From an uncultured Planctomycetaceae bacterium (GTDB lineage: Bacteria; Planctomycetota; Planctomycetia; Isosphaerales; Isosphaeraceae), in the NCBI GenBank assembly GCA_963833985.1, contig CAWIAD010000001.1:1568001-1632000 (forward strand): a DNA stretch of 64,000 bases. Reading direction: 5' to 3'. Positions 8,796 through 17,044 of this stretch are shown one piece after another. The stretch's first letter is position 1, and each line of letters begins with the position of its first letter. The translations under genes and the position numbers were made by a program. The notes beneath the pieces are model-generated. The model did no database searches. It saw nothing but the letters and a program-made list of their open reading frames with translations, and was not told the origin of the DNA.

Positions 8796-11700
8796 ATGAA
8801 TGGATTGATACGAGCCTCGCTGGGGAACCCCTACGCGGTGACGGTCATGTCGTTGACATTGATCGTCCTGGGGGCACTCAGTATCACATTGATTCCGATT
8901 GATATTCTGCCCATCTTCCGCAGCCCTGCCGTGCAGACGCTCACCTTCTACAACGGCATGTCGGCCAACAGCATTGCCCACGACATCACCAACCGCATGG
9001 AGCGCTGGACCGGCCAGGCCAACGGCATGGCCCGCCAGGAGTCTCGGTCAATCCTCGGCGCCAGCGTCGTGCGCAACTACTTCCAGGGCGACGTCGATCC
9101 CAACGGGGCACTCACCCAGGTGAACTCGCTGGCACTCGCAGCCATTCCCAACTTGCCGCCAGGCACGCTGCCGCCGGTGGTCTTGCCGTACGACCCGACC
9201 TCGACCACACCCGTGTGCGTGGTCGCCGTGGATAGCGATAACCCGGCAAACAACGAGTCGGTCCTGTATGACGTGGGCCGGTACGAGGTGCGCAACATGA
9301 TCATGGGCCAGCCGGGAGCCGTGGCACCGGTGGTCTACGGCGGCAAGGTCCGCGCGGTCATGGCCTATCTCGATCGCCAGAAGATGCAGGCGCGCAATCT
9401 GTCGGCCGTGGACGTGATGAACGCACTGAACGCCGGCAACGTGTTCCTGCCCACCGGCGACGCCAAGTTCGGCGACCTGGACTATGTCATCGATTCCAAC
9501 TCGATGTACCTGAACGTGGCGGATATGGGCGACATTCCGGTGCGCATCGAGGAGGGGAACGCCACATACCTGAAAGACGTCGCCACGCCGATGGATGCCA
9601 ATTACATCCAGACCAACGTGGTGCGGGTCAACGGCAAGCGGGAAGTCTACATTCCCGTGTTCCGCCAGCTTGGCGCCAGCACACTGCGCGTGGTCAGCAA
9701 CCTGAGAGACTCTCTCAAGGAGATGGAGGGAAAGCTGACGCGCTCGGGCATCAGCCTGAAGCTGGTGCTTGACCAGTCGGTGTACGTGCGGAAGTCTATC
9801 GAAGCTCTCGTGCAGGAGGGCTTGCTCGGAGCGGTCCTGTGCTCACTGGTCATCCTCATGTTCCTGGGCGAATGGCGCATGACCGGCATCGCGATCATGA
9901 CCTTGCCGATCTCCTGCCTTGCCTGCTGCGCCGCCTTGTTCTTCACCGGCCAGACAATCAATACCATGACCCTGGCGGGAATGACGCTGGCGATCGGGCC
10001 CATGATTGATAGCGCGATCATCTGCCTTGAGAACACGCACCGGCACCTGGGTATGGGTGTGACCCCGCGCGAGGCGGCGTTCCTGGGCGCCAGCGAGGTG
10101 GCCATGCCGGAACTGGTCTCCACGCTTTGCACGTTCCTGGTGCTTTCGCCCCTGGTGCTCACTCCTGGGCTCGGGCAGTTCCTCTTCAAGCCCATGGCCA
10201 TGGCCGTGGCGTTCTCGATGATTGCCGCCTACCTTCTGTCCCGAACGCTGGTGCCGGCCTGCTCGGCGTTCTGGCTCAAGCCCCACGCCAGCCACGGCCC
10301 CGCGCATGCCAGTCACGGTGAAGGCGCGGACCCGCATGCCGACCACGGCAAGGCCGAGCCGGAGACGTTCACGATCAATGGCAATGGCAATGGCCATGAG
10401 CCACAAGGGAACATCATCTCCCGCGCCTTCCACCGCTGGGAGCGGATGATCGACGCGGGCATCGAGAAGTACGTCCAGGGTCTCGACTTCGTACTACGGC
10501 ACAAGATCCCCACGCTCATTGTGGCGTACAGCCTCCTGGCCCTGACGATCGTATTCCTCTGGCCGGTGCTGCGCAAGGAATTCTTCCCTGAGGTCGACGC
10601 CGGCTCGTTCGAGATGTACGTGCGGGCCCCCTCTGGAATGCGAATCGAGGAGACCGAGAAACGCATTACCGGGGTCGAAGACTTCGTACGCAAGGTCATC
10701 GATAAGGAAGACCTGCAACTGGTGCTCTCGGAGCTGGGTGTCACCTCCGACTGGTCAGCGGCCTACACGCCCAATGCGGGCCCGATGGATACTGTGCTGA
10801 AGATTCAGCTCACGGCGGAGCGCAAGAAATCGGCCCAGGAGTACGTTGCCGAGCTGCGCAAGGGGTTTGCGGCCAATTCCGAGTTCAGCAACCTGGAGTT
10901 TGCCTTCGATGCCGGCGGCATGGTGCGCTCGGCCATGAACGAGGGCAAGTCAACGCCCATCAGCGTGCGTGTCGTCGCCAAGGATCAAAAGATCGCCCAC
11001 CGGGTGGCGTCGATGATCCAGAGCGACGTGCAGAAGATCGAGGGAGTGGTGGACGCCCGGGTCATCCAGCGCCTCGATTATCCGGAGTTCCTGATTGACG
11101 TCGACCGGGCCAAGTCGGCCCAGCTCGGCCTCACCCAGTCCGATGTGATGAAGGAGATCATCGCCGCGCTCAATTCGAGCATCCAGTTCGACAAGCACAA
11201 CTTCTGGATCGACCCGGTGAGCAAGAACCAGTACTACGTCGGCGTCTCGTATCCTGAAAAGGACATCAAGTCGATCGACACGGTGCTCGACATTCCGATC
11301 ACCAGTCCGGTGCAGAAGATGGCGGTGCCGATGCGGAACGTCGTCAAGATCAAGCGGCTACCGGTGCCCACCGAGGTCACGCACTACAACATCCAGCCCA
11401 CGATCGAGCTGACCATGGGTGTGCATGAGCGCGACCTCGGGCACGTCTCCGAGGACGTGGCCAAGGCAATTGATAAGTACGGTAAGCCGGGCAAATCGGG
11501 CGTATGGGCGACCTACGATCCCACCAGCAGCGACCATCGCTTGCTGGTCGGCAGCAAGATCGTCCTGAGCGGTGAATATCTCCGCATGAAGGACACGTTC
11601 AACAGCCTGGGCGTGGGCCTCTGCCTGGCATCGCTGCTCATTTACTTTCTGATGGTGGGCCTGGACAAGTCATTTCTTGTTCCGCTGACCGTCATGCTGA

Positions 11701-12209
11701 TTGTGCCACTGTGCCTCATCGGCATCATGCCCATGCTGCTTGTGACGGGCTCGGCCGTGAACGTGCAGTCGCTCCTGGGCTTCATCTTCATCGTGGGCAT
11801 CAAGGTGGCGAACTCGGTGCTCATGACCGATTACGCCCAGGAATTGCGCCGGCACGAGGGCCTCTCGCCCATGCAGGCCATTCGCAAGGCGGCCGGTCTC
11901 CGCGTGCGGCCGATCACGATGACGGCCCTGGCGGCCTTCTTCGCTCTCATCCCCGGCGCCATGGCGCTGGAGCGCGGCAGCGAGGCGAATGCACCGCTCG
12001 CCCGCGCAATTCTCGGCGGACTGATGGCCGGCGAGCCGGCAACGCTCTTCGTCTTGCCGGTACTCTACGCGATGTTCATCCGCGACACGCCTGAGACCGA
12101 CGAGCAACGCCGGGCGCGCCTGGCCAACCATACCTCCGCTGATCACGGCCAGGCCGATCCGCCGCCGGCCGATGAATGGAACGAAGACCAGCATCGGGAG
12201 GGCTTTTAA
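8796..12209 (+). CDS. RND efflux transporter permease subunit (AcrB/CusA superfamily)
   Basis: About 1137 aa with two periplasmic loops, IPIDILP, GPMIDSAIICLEN, EFFPEVDAG and RVRPITMTALAA motifs. Confidence 0.95.
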   Translation: MNGLIRASLGNPYAVTVMSLTLIVLGALSITLIPIDILPIFRSPAVQTLTFYNGMSANSIAHDITNRMERWTGQANGMARQESRSILGASVVRNYFQGDVDPNGALTQVNSLALAAIPNLPPGTLPPVVLPYDPTSTTPVCVVAVDSDNPANNESVLYDVGRYEVRNMIMGQPGAVAPVVYGGKVRAVMAYLDRQKMQARNLSAVDVMNALNAGNVFLPTGDAKFGDLDYVIDSNSMYLNVADMGDIPVRIEEGNATYLKDVATPMDANYIQTNVVRVNGKREVYIPVFRQLGASTLRVVSNLRDSLKEMEGKLTRSGISLKLVLDQSVYVRKSIEALVQEGLLGAVLCSLVILMFLGEWRMTGIAIMTLPISCLACCAALFFTGQTINTMTLAGMTLAIGPMIDSAIICLENTHRHLGMGVTPREAAFLGASEVAMPELVSTLCTFLVLSPLVLTPGLGQFLFKPMAMAVAFSMIAAYLLSRTLVPACSAFWLKPHASHGPAHASHGEGADPHADHGKAEPETFTINGNGNGHEPQGNIISRAFHRWERMIDAGIEKYVQGLDFVLRHKIPTLIVAYSLLALTIVFLWPVLRKEFFPEVDAGSFEMYVRAPSGMRIEETEKRITGVEDFVRKVIDKEDLQLVLSELGVTSDWSAAYTPNAGPMDTVLKIQLTAERKKSAQEYVAELRKGFAANSEFSNLEFAFDAGGMVRSAMNEGKSTPISVRVVAKDQKIAHRVASMIQSDVQKIEGVVDARVIQRLDYPEFLIDVDRAKSAQLGLTQSDVMKEIIAALNSSIQFDKHNFWIDPVSKNQYYVGVSYPEKDIKSIDTVLDIPITSPVQKMAVPMRNVVKIKRLPVPTEVTHYNIQPTIELTMGVHERDLGHVSEDVAKAIDKYGKPGKSGVWATYDPTSSDHRLLVGSKIVLSGEYLRMKDTFNSLGVGLCLASLLIYFLMVGLDKSFLVPLTVMLIVPLCLIGIMPMLLVTGSAVNVQSLLGFIFIVGIKVANSVLMTDYAQELRRHEGLSPMQAIRKAAGLRVRPITMTALAAFFALIPGAMALERGSEANAPLARAILGGLMAGEPATLFVLPVLYAMFIRDTPETDEQRRARLANHTSADHGQADPPPADEWNEDQHREGF

Positions 12210-12233
12210 GTAAACCCACGCGGGACGCTGCCG

Positions 12234-12284
12234 CCGGCGCGGGCACCCCTTACCGGGGCCACCCGCGCCGGGTTTCGACTTTTC
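12234..12284 (+). terminator. GC-rich hairpin after the RND gene (terminator or stabiliser)
   Basis: CCGGCGCGGG (12234-12243) pairs with CCCGCGCCGG (12262-12271) and is followed by GTTTCGACTTTT. Confidence 0.4.
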
Positions 12285-12309
12285 CTCAGCCCTGACAAGG
12301 AGCAACGCC

Positions 12310-13311
12310 TTGGCCATAACACGGCCGATCCATGTCGCCATCTCCGGAGCAGCCGGTCGCGTCGCTTATGCGCTGTTCTTCCGGATTGCCAACGGCGGGC
12401 TGTTCGGCCGGGATCAGCCCGTTACCCTCAGTCTGCTTGACCTTCCCGACCGCCGCAACGTGCTGGAAGCGCACGCCATGGAGCTGCGGGACTGCGCTTT
12501 TCCGCTGCTCCGCGAGCTTCGCTTCGGTACCGAGCCGGTCAAGATGTTCCGAGATGCGGACTGGGTCGTCTTGCTGGGCGGCAAACGCCTCGACTCGAAT
12601 ACGCAGTCCCGGATGGACCTGCTCCATCAGAATGCGCCGGTCATGATAGACCACGCCCGGGCGATCAACCAGGCGTCTCCCAAGGCCAGGGTGCTGGTAG
12701 TGGCCAGCCCATGCAATACCAACTGCCTGGTCGGCATGACGCATGCGCACGACGTACCCAAAGAACACTGGTTTGCCTTGAACCAGGTGATCCGGTCACG
12801 GGCGGCCGCTCTGGTCGCAGAGAAGGCCGGGGTACATGTCGCCGAGGTCACGCGGCTGACTGCGTGGGGAAACAATAGCGAGTGCGCCTTTGTGGATCTT
12901 CAGAATGCCCGGATTGGTGAAAAACCTGCGCTCCAGGTCATTGGCGATCCGAAATGGGTCGAAGAGGAGTTTGATCGCGGGCTGTCCTTCCACTTTCGCG
13001 AGGTCGTGCGCCGCACTGGTGAGACGCCGGCAGGCTCGACAGCGCATGCAATCCTGACGACGATCCGCGCCATCATCACGCCCACGCCTTTCGACCACTG
13101 GTTCGGCGCGGGGGTCGTCTCCGACGGTACCTACTACGAGATTCCCAAGGGCCTGGTATTCGGGTTCCCACTGCAAACCACCGACGGGAAGCGATGGTCA
13201 ATCCCCCGGGAACACTACCTCGACCCCCGGGCCAGGGAGCGGATTGCTGAAAACGTTGCCGAGCTGGAGCTGGAAGCCATGGCCGTTTCGCACTTGCTGG
13301 GCAAGACCTGA
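12310..13311 (+). CDS. mdh: Malate dehydrogenase (type 2) homologue with a degenerate active site
   Basis: GAAG Rossmann motif, DQPV, MELRDCAFPLL and NTN match the Thermus/cytosolic-type MDH layout. The catalytic WGNHS reads WGNNS and RLDHNR reads QVIRSR. Confidence 0.85.
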   Translation: MAITRPIHVAISGAAGRVAYALFFRIANGGLFGRDQPVTLSLLDLPDRRNVLEAHAMELRDCAFPLLRELRFGTEPVKMFRDADWVVLLGGKRLDSNTQSRMDLLHQNAPVMIDHARAINQASPKARVLVVASPCNTNCLVGMTHAHDVPKEHWFALNQVIRSRAAALVAEKAGVHVAEVTRLTAWGNNSECAFVDLQNARIGEKPALQVIGDPKWVEEEFDRGLSFHFREVVRRTGETPAGSTAHAILTTIRAIITPTPFDHWFGAGVVSDGTYYEIPKGLVFGFPLQTTDGKRWSIPREHYLDPRARERIAENVAELELEAMAVSHLLGKT

Positions 13312-13379
13312 TCGGAGCCAGCATTGCACACCTGGCGGCGATGCCGACTTTCTTCCCAAACAACTTGCCGGTAGAGCTT

Positions 13380-13763
13380 ATGCCGTCCTGGCTCATATTC
13401 GTGATGATCGGGATGGTGGGAGGCTTCGCGGCCGGGCTCTTCGGTGTCGGGGGCGGCATCGTGATCGTGCCGGCCCTTGTTTACTGGGCCGGATTCAGCC
13501 AGCACAAGGCGACTGGAACCAGCCTGGCGGTTCTCCTGCCGCCCGTCGGCCTGGCGGCGGCCCTGGAATACTACCGTCACGGCCACGTCGACGTGCGCGC
13601 AGCCATCGTCCTGGCGACGATGATGATCCTGGGTGCCTGGCTGGGTGCCCACGTGGCCAACCGGATGAGCGGTCCTTACCTGCGCCTCACGTTCGGACTT
13701 TTCGTTTGCACCATGGGCGTCTACCTCATCTACGGAGCCTGCCGGCGGCTGGGGTGGTTCTAG
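13380..13763 (+). CDS. Half-size sulfite exporter TauE/SafE (TSUP) family protein
   Basis: GLFGVGGGIVIVPAL, ATGTSL and GAWLGA motifs; about 4 TM helices, i.e. one repeat only. Confidence 0.85.
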   Translation: MPSWLIFVMIGMVGGFAAGLFGVGGGIVIVPALVYWAGFSQHKATGTSLAVLLPPVGLAAALEYYRHGHVDVRAAIVLATMMILGAWLGAHVANRMSGPYLRLTFGLFVCTMGVYLIYGACRRLGWF

Positions 13764-13816
13764 CCGGCACATTGAGTTTCGCGAATCGAGGCTCGGGCGA
13801 CCCTATCCACGAATCA

Positions 13817-16003
13817 TTAGCCTTTTGTGCGGGCCTTGACGGAGACCGGCTGGCCATCGCGGACTTCCGGTCCCGGATCAAGTATCACGGTATCGCCCGG
13901 TTTCAAGCCATCGAGCACTTCCACCCTGTTGCCACTCTCCTCACCGGTCCGGACGCGGGTGCGCACGGCGTGTCCGCCGACGATCAGAAAACAATGCTGC
14001 TCGACACCGCCCGCGCCGGCGATGAGGGCGGATCGGGGTATCGCGAGCACACCCTGCCGGTGTTGCAGGTGAATCGTCGCACTGCCGTACTGGCCCGGTT
14101 TCAGTCGGCCGTCCTGATTCTCCAGATCGATCTCTGCCCTGACGGTCCGATCGGCCGGGTCAAGAGCGGCAGCCGTCCTGGAGATGGTTCCCTCGTAGGC
14201 GGGCCCGTGACGGGAGTCAATCTGCACCGTCGCCCGATCGCCCTTGTCAAGGAAGGCCGCATCGGCGTCCGGAACCGCGACAATGACCCTGACCTTGCCC
14301 GTCTTTATCAGGGTAAGCAGGGGCGCAGCACCCGCGACGTCGCCCGAACGAACATAATCGGCCACGTGGCAGTTTCGCGCAGTCACGACACCGTCCCAGG
14401 GCGCGGTAATCACTGCGTAGCTTGACAGTGCGCGTGCTTTCGAGAAGTCCGCCTCGGCAATCAGGACGCTGGCCTTGTATCCGTCCAGCTCCGCTTTCGC
14501 GGCCGTGAGCTTTGCCTTCGCTTCGATGATGTTCGCGGCCGCCTTCGCCCTGCGTGCTCGGGAGACGTTCAAGGCCGAGCTTGCCGTCTCGACTCCGTCC
14601 ATCGCTTGATCCACGATTCGTGGTTCAACGGCGTTCCGGGCAGCGAGTTCCTTGATCCGCGTGAGCGATTTTTCCCGGAAGGTGAGCTGAGCCTCGTCCC
14701 CCTGCAACTGGGCGGAGGCGGCTTGAGCCCCTGCTTTTTCCGCGTCCAGCGACGCCTCGGCGACTTGGATCGCTGATGTGGCCGAGTCCAGCCGGGCTCT
14801 GGCCAGCTGCACCATGACTCCGGCCTTGTCCTCCTCGGCACGAAGCTCGGGCACGTGGATTTCGGCCAGGATCTGGCCACGCTTGACAGCGTCACCCAGG
14901 TCGACATTCAGCTTGATCAGGTAGCCCGAAATCTTCGAGACGATGTCCACGGAGTCAAAAGCCTGGACTGTTGCGGCCTGGCGCGTCTCTCTCTGAAAGT
15001 CAGCCCTCTCGGCCGTGGCGGCAGCCACTTCAACAACTGGCCCCGGAGTCGCCTGTCCCGTGGGAGAGGTCCGTGCCATCGCCAGCGCCGTGACGACCAG
15101 AATGGAGAAAACCGAGAGGCAAGCCAGAGCGAGCGCCGCCATCGATTTCAAGCTCGACAGGAACATGGCCCTGAGCCCTCCTTCCACAAGCGCGGTGATA
15201 AAAACCGTTGTACTTGCCGCCCGCCCCGAAGCGATCTCCGACGCGCCCCGGACGACCGAATTCACCAGTTCTCCTGTGCATGCACCATCAGCGGCAACGT
15301 CCAGGCAAGCGGTCATGACGGCAGGAGCCAGTCCGCGCCGCAGCAGGCGGCCGCGTAACAGCTCCCTGGCACGGGCCAGGCGAACCTTCACCGTACCAAC
15401 GGGCGCGTGCAGCCGCACCGCGGCCTGCTCGTGAGTCAGACCTTCCAGGTAGCAGAGGATGATGGGCAGCCGGTATTTCTCCGGCAAGCGGGCGACCTCC
15501 TCATGCACCTCCACGAGTTCGTTCGGAGCAACGGGTTCGGAGGCCGGCAGCTCCAGCGGGAACAACTCGTGCCCTTCGCGGGTGCGCCTGAGAGCGCTCT
15601 GCTGGCGTGCCCTCAGGGACACCCGCCGGGCCACGGCCAAGAGCCACCCCGCCAGGCACTGCCGATTCCGGAGGCTCTCAGCCTTCCGCGCCAGGATGAA
15701 GAAGGTGGCCTGGAAGGCATCTTCGGCGGCGTGTCGATGACCAATGATCCCCAGGCACGTGCGCTGCACCATGGGACCGTGCCGCTCGACCAGCGCGCTG
15801 AAGGCCGCCTCGGAGAGGTCGCCGTGCCTGAGCACATAACAGCCGAGCAGATGACTGTCCGACTGCGCACCGACATGACCGGCACGGAAGAGCGTGCGCA
15901 ATCGACCGGCAAGCGTTCCTGCACTGCTGCTTTCCAAGGTCGGCCTCCCGGAAATGCGCGAATCTATCATCAGAGAGCCACGAGGGGCTGAGGGCCGTTT
16001 CAC
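13817..16003 (-). CDS. ECF sigma factor fused to an RND periplasmic adaptor (membrane fusion protein)
   Basis: Sigma2 (LVERHGPMV...AEDAFQATF), sigma4 (LPEKYRLPIILCYLEGLTHEQAA...GTVKVRLARAR), one TM helix, then a complete MFP (SKISGYLIKLNVDLGDAVKRGQILAEI, long alpha hairpin, ITAPWDGVV, LKPGQY, VLDGLKPGD). The reading frame is uninterrupted. The exact start is uncertain. Confidence 0.9.
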   Translation of the reverse strand: MKRPSAPRGSLMIDSRISGRPTLESSSAGTLAGRLRTLFRAGHVGAQSDSHLLGCYVLRHGDLSEAAFSALVERHGPMVQRTCLGIIGHRHAAEDAFQATFFILARKAESLRNRQCLAGWLLAVARRVSLRARQQSALRRTREGHELFPLELPASEPVAPNELVEVHEEVARLPEKYRLPIILCYLEGLTHEQAAVRLHAPVGTVKVRLARARELLRGRLLRRGLAPAVMTACLDVAADGACTGELVNSVVRGASEIASGRAASTTVFITALVEGGLRAMFLSSLKSMAALALACLSVFSILVVTALAMARTSPTGQATPGPVVEVAAATAERADFQRETRQAATVQAFDSVDIVSKISGYLIKLNVDLGDAVKRGQILAEIHVPELRAEEDKAGVMVQLARARLDSATSAIQVAEASLDAEKAGAQAASAQLQGDEAQLTFREKSLTRIKELAARNAVEPRIVDQAMDGVETASSALNVSRARRAKAAANIIEAKAKLTAAKAELDGYKASVLIAEADFSKARALSSYAVITAPWDGVVTARNCHVADYVRSGDVAGAAPLLTLIKTGKVRVIVAVPDADAAFLDKGDRATVQIDSRHGPAYEGTISRTAAALDPADRTVRAEIDLENQDGRLKPGQYGSATIHLQHRQGVLAIPRSALIAGAGGVEQHCFLIVGGHAVRTRVRTGEESGNRVEVLDGLKPGDTVILDPGPEVRDGQPVSVKARTKG

Positions 16004-16209
16004 TTTTCCTGGAATCGCCGCTGGTCTTGCGCCGGGAGATCCTCCCGGACCTCTTGACGGTTCTCCGGGCCCCTCGATACTCAGGGAAACTCCCGAACCG
16101 TTACACTGACAGGGTAACCGGGATCCGGGTATCGGGTGCGGAGAACCTGGGCGTCTTCGTTTTACCCGGCCAGATCCGGGACGCGCCTTGCCTGTTGAGG
16201 AAGACTGAC

Positions 16210-16893
16210 ATGGTGTTCTTCCTGCTGATGCTTTGCCGGCTGGAGTATCCGGAGCCGGACGTGCTCTTCAACGGCAAGAACCTGGACGGCTGGGTGGCCG
16301 AGGGCGTCAAGGAATTCCAGAAAGATGGTCGCATTCTGCCGGTGTGGTCCGTCGCAAACGGACATCTTGTCTGCACCGGCAAGGGCTTCGGCTTTCTCCG
16401 CTATGACCGTCGGGCCTTCTCCGACCTCCTGTTTCACCTCGAGTTTCGCATGGCGCCGGGCTGCAACAGCGGGGTGGGCATTCGCACCCGCCCGTTCGAT
16501 GCGGCCAGGTCGCGCGCCACGCGGCCTTCGTTCTACAGCTATGAGATTCAGTTGATGGATGATGCCGGCAAGCCACCCTCGGTGCATTCCAGCGGCTCGC
16601 TCTACCGCTACGTGGCCCCTCGCAAGAACCCGATGCGGCCCGCCGGCGAGTGGAACACCATGGAGATCGAGTGCGCCGGCCCGCGCATCAAGGTGGTCCT
16701 CAATGGCGAGCTCATCATCGATGTTGATCAGAGCACGATCCCCGCGCTGCGGCAGAAAGCGCTCGCGGGCAGCGTCTGCCTCCAGAACCACGGCGGCAAC
16801 ATCGAGTTTCGCTCGCTCTGGATCAGGGAGCGAAGCGGCACCGCGACGGCTGCCCGGAACGGCTCTGAGTCGTTGCAGCAACCCGGGCCCTGA
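16210..16893 (+). CDS. DUF1080 / 3-keto-disaccharide hydrolase domain protein
   Basis: LFNGKNLDGW, NSGVGIR, YEIQLMD, GEWNTMEI and LQNHG motifs. Confidence 0.9.
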   Translation: MVFFLLMLCRLEYPEPDVLFNGKNLDGWVAEGVKEFQKDGRILPVWSVANGHLVCTGKGFGFLRYDRRAFSDLLFHLEFRMAPGCNSGVGIRTRPFDAARSRATRPSFYSYEIQLMDDAGKPPSVHSSGSLYRYVAPRKNPMRPAGEWNTMEIECAGPRIKVVLNGELIIDVDQSTIPALRQKALAGSVCLQNHGGNIEFRSLWIRERSGTATAARNGSESLQQPGP

Positions 16894-17044
16894 GACCCTG
16901 AACCGGCCTGTCACTGTGCTTGACAGGATGCCGTCTCCACGATATCACACCCACGATCCACTTCCGGATTGCGCACCTCTCGGAAGCACCACGTCCATTT
17001 CAGCATGCATGGGCCGGTTATGACCGCCCTTCCGGAGTCCGTCT

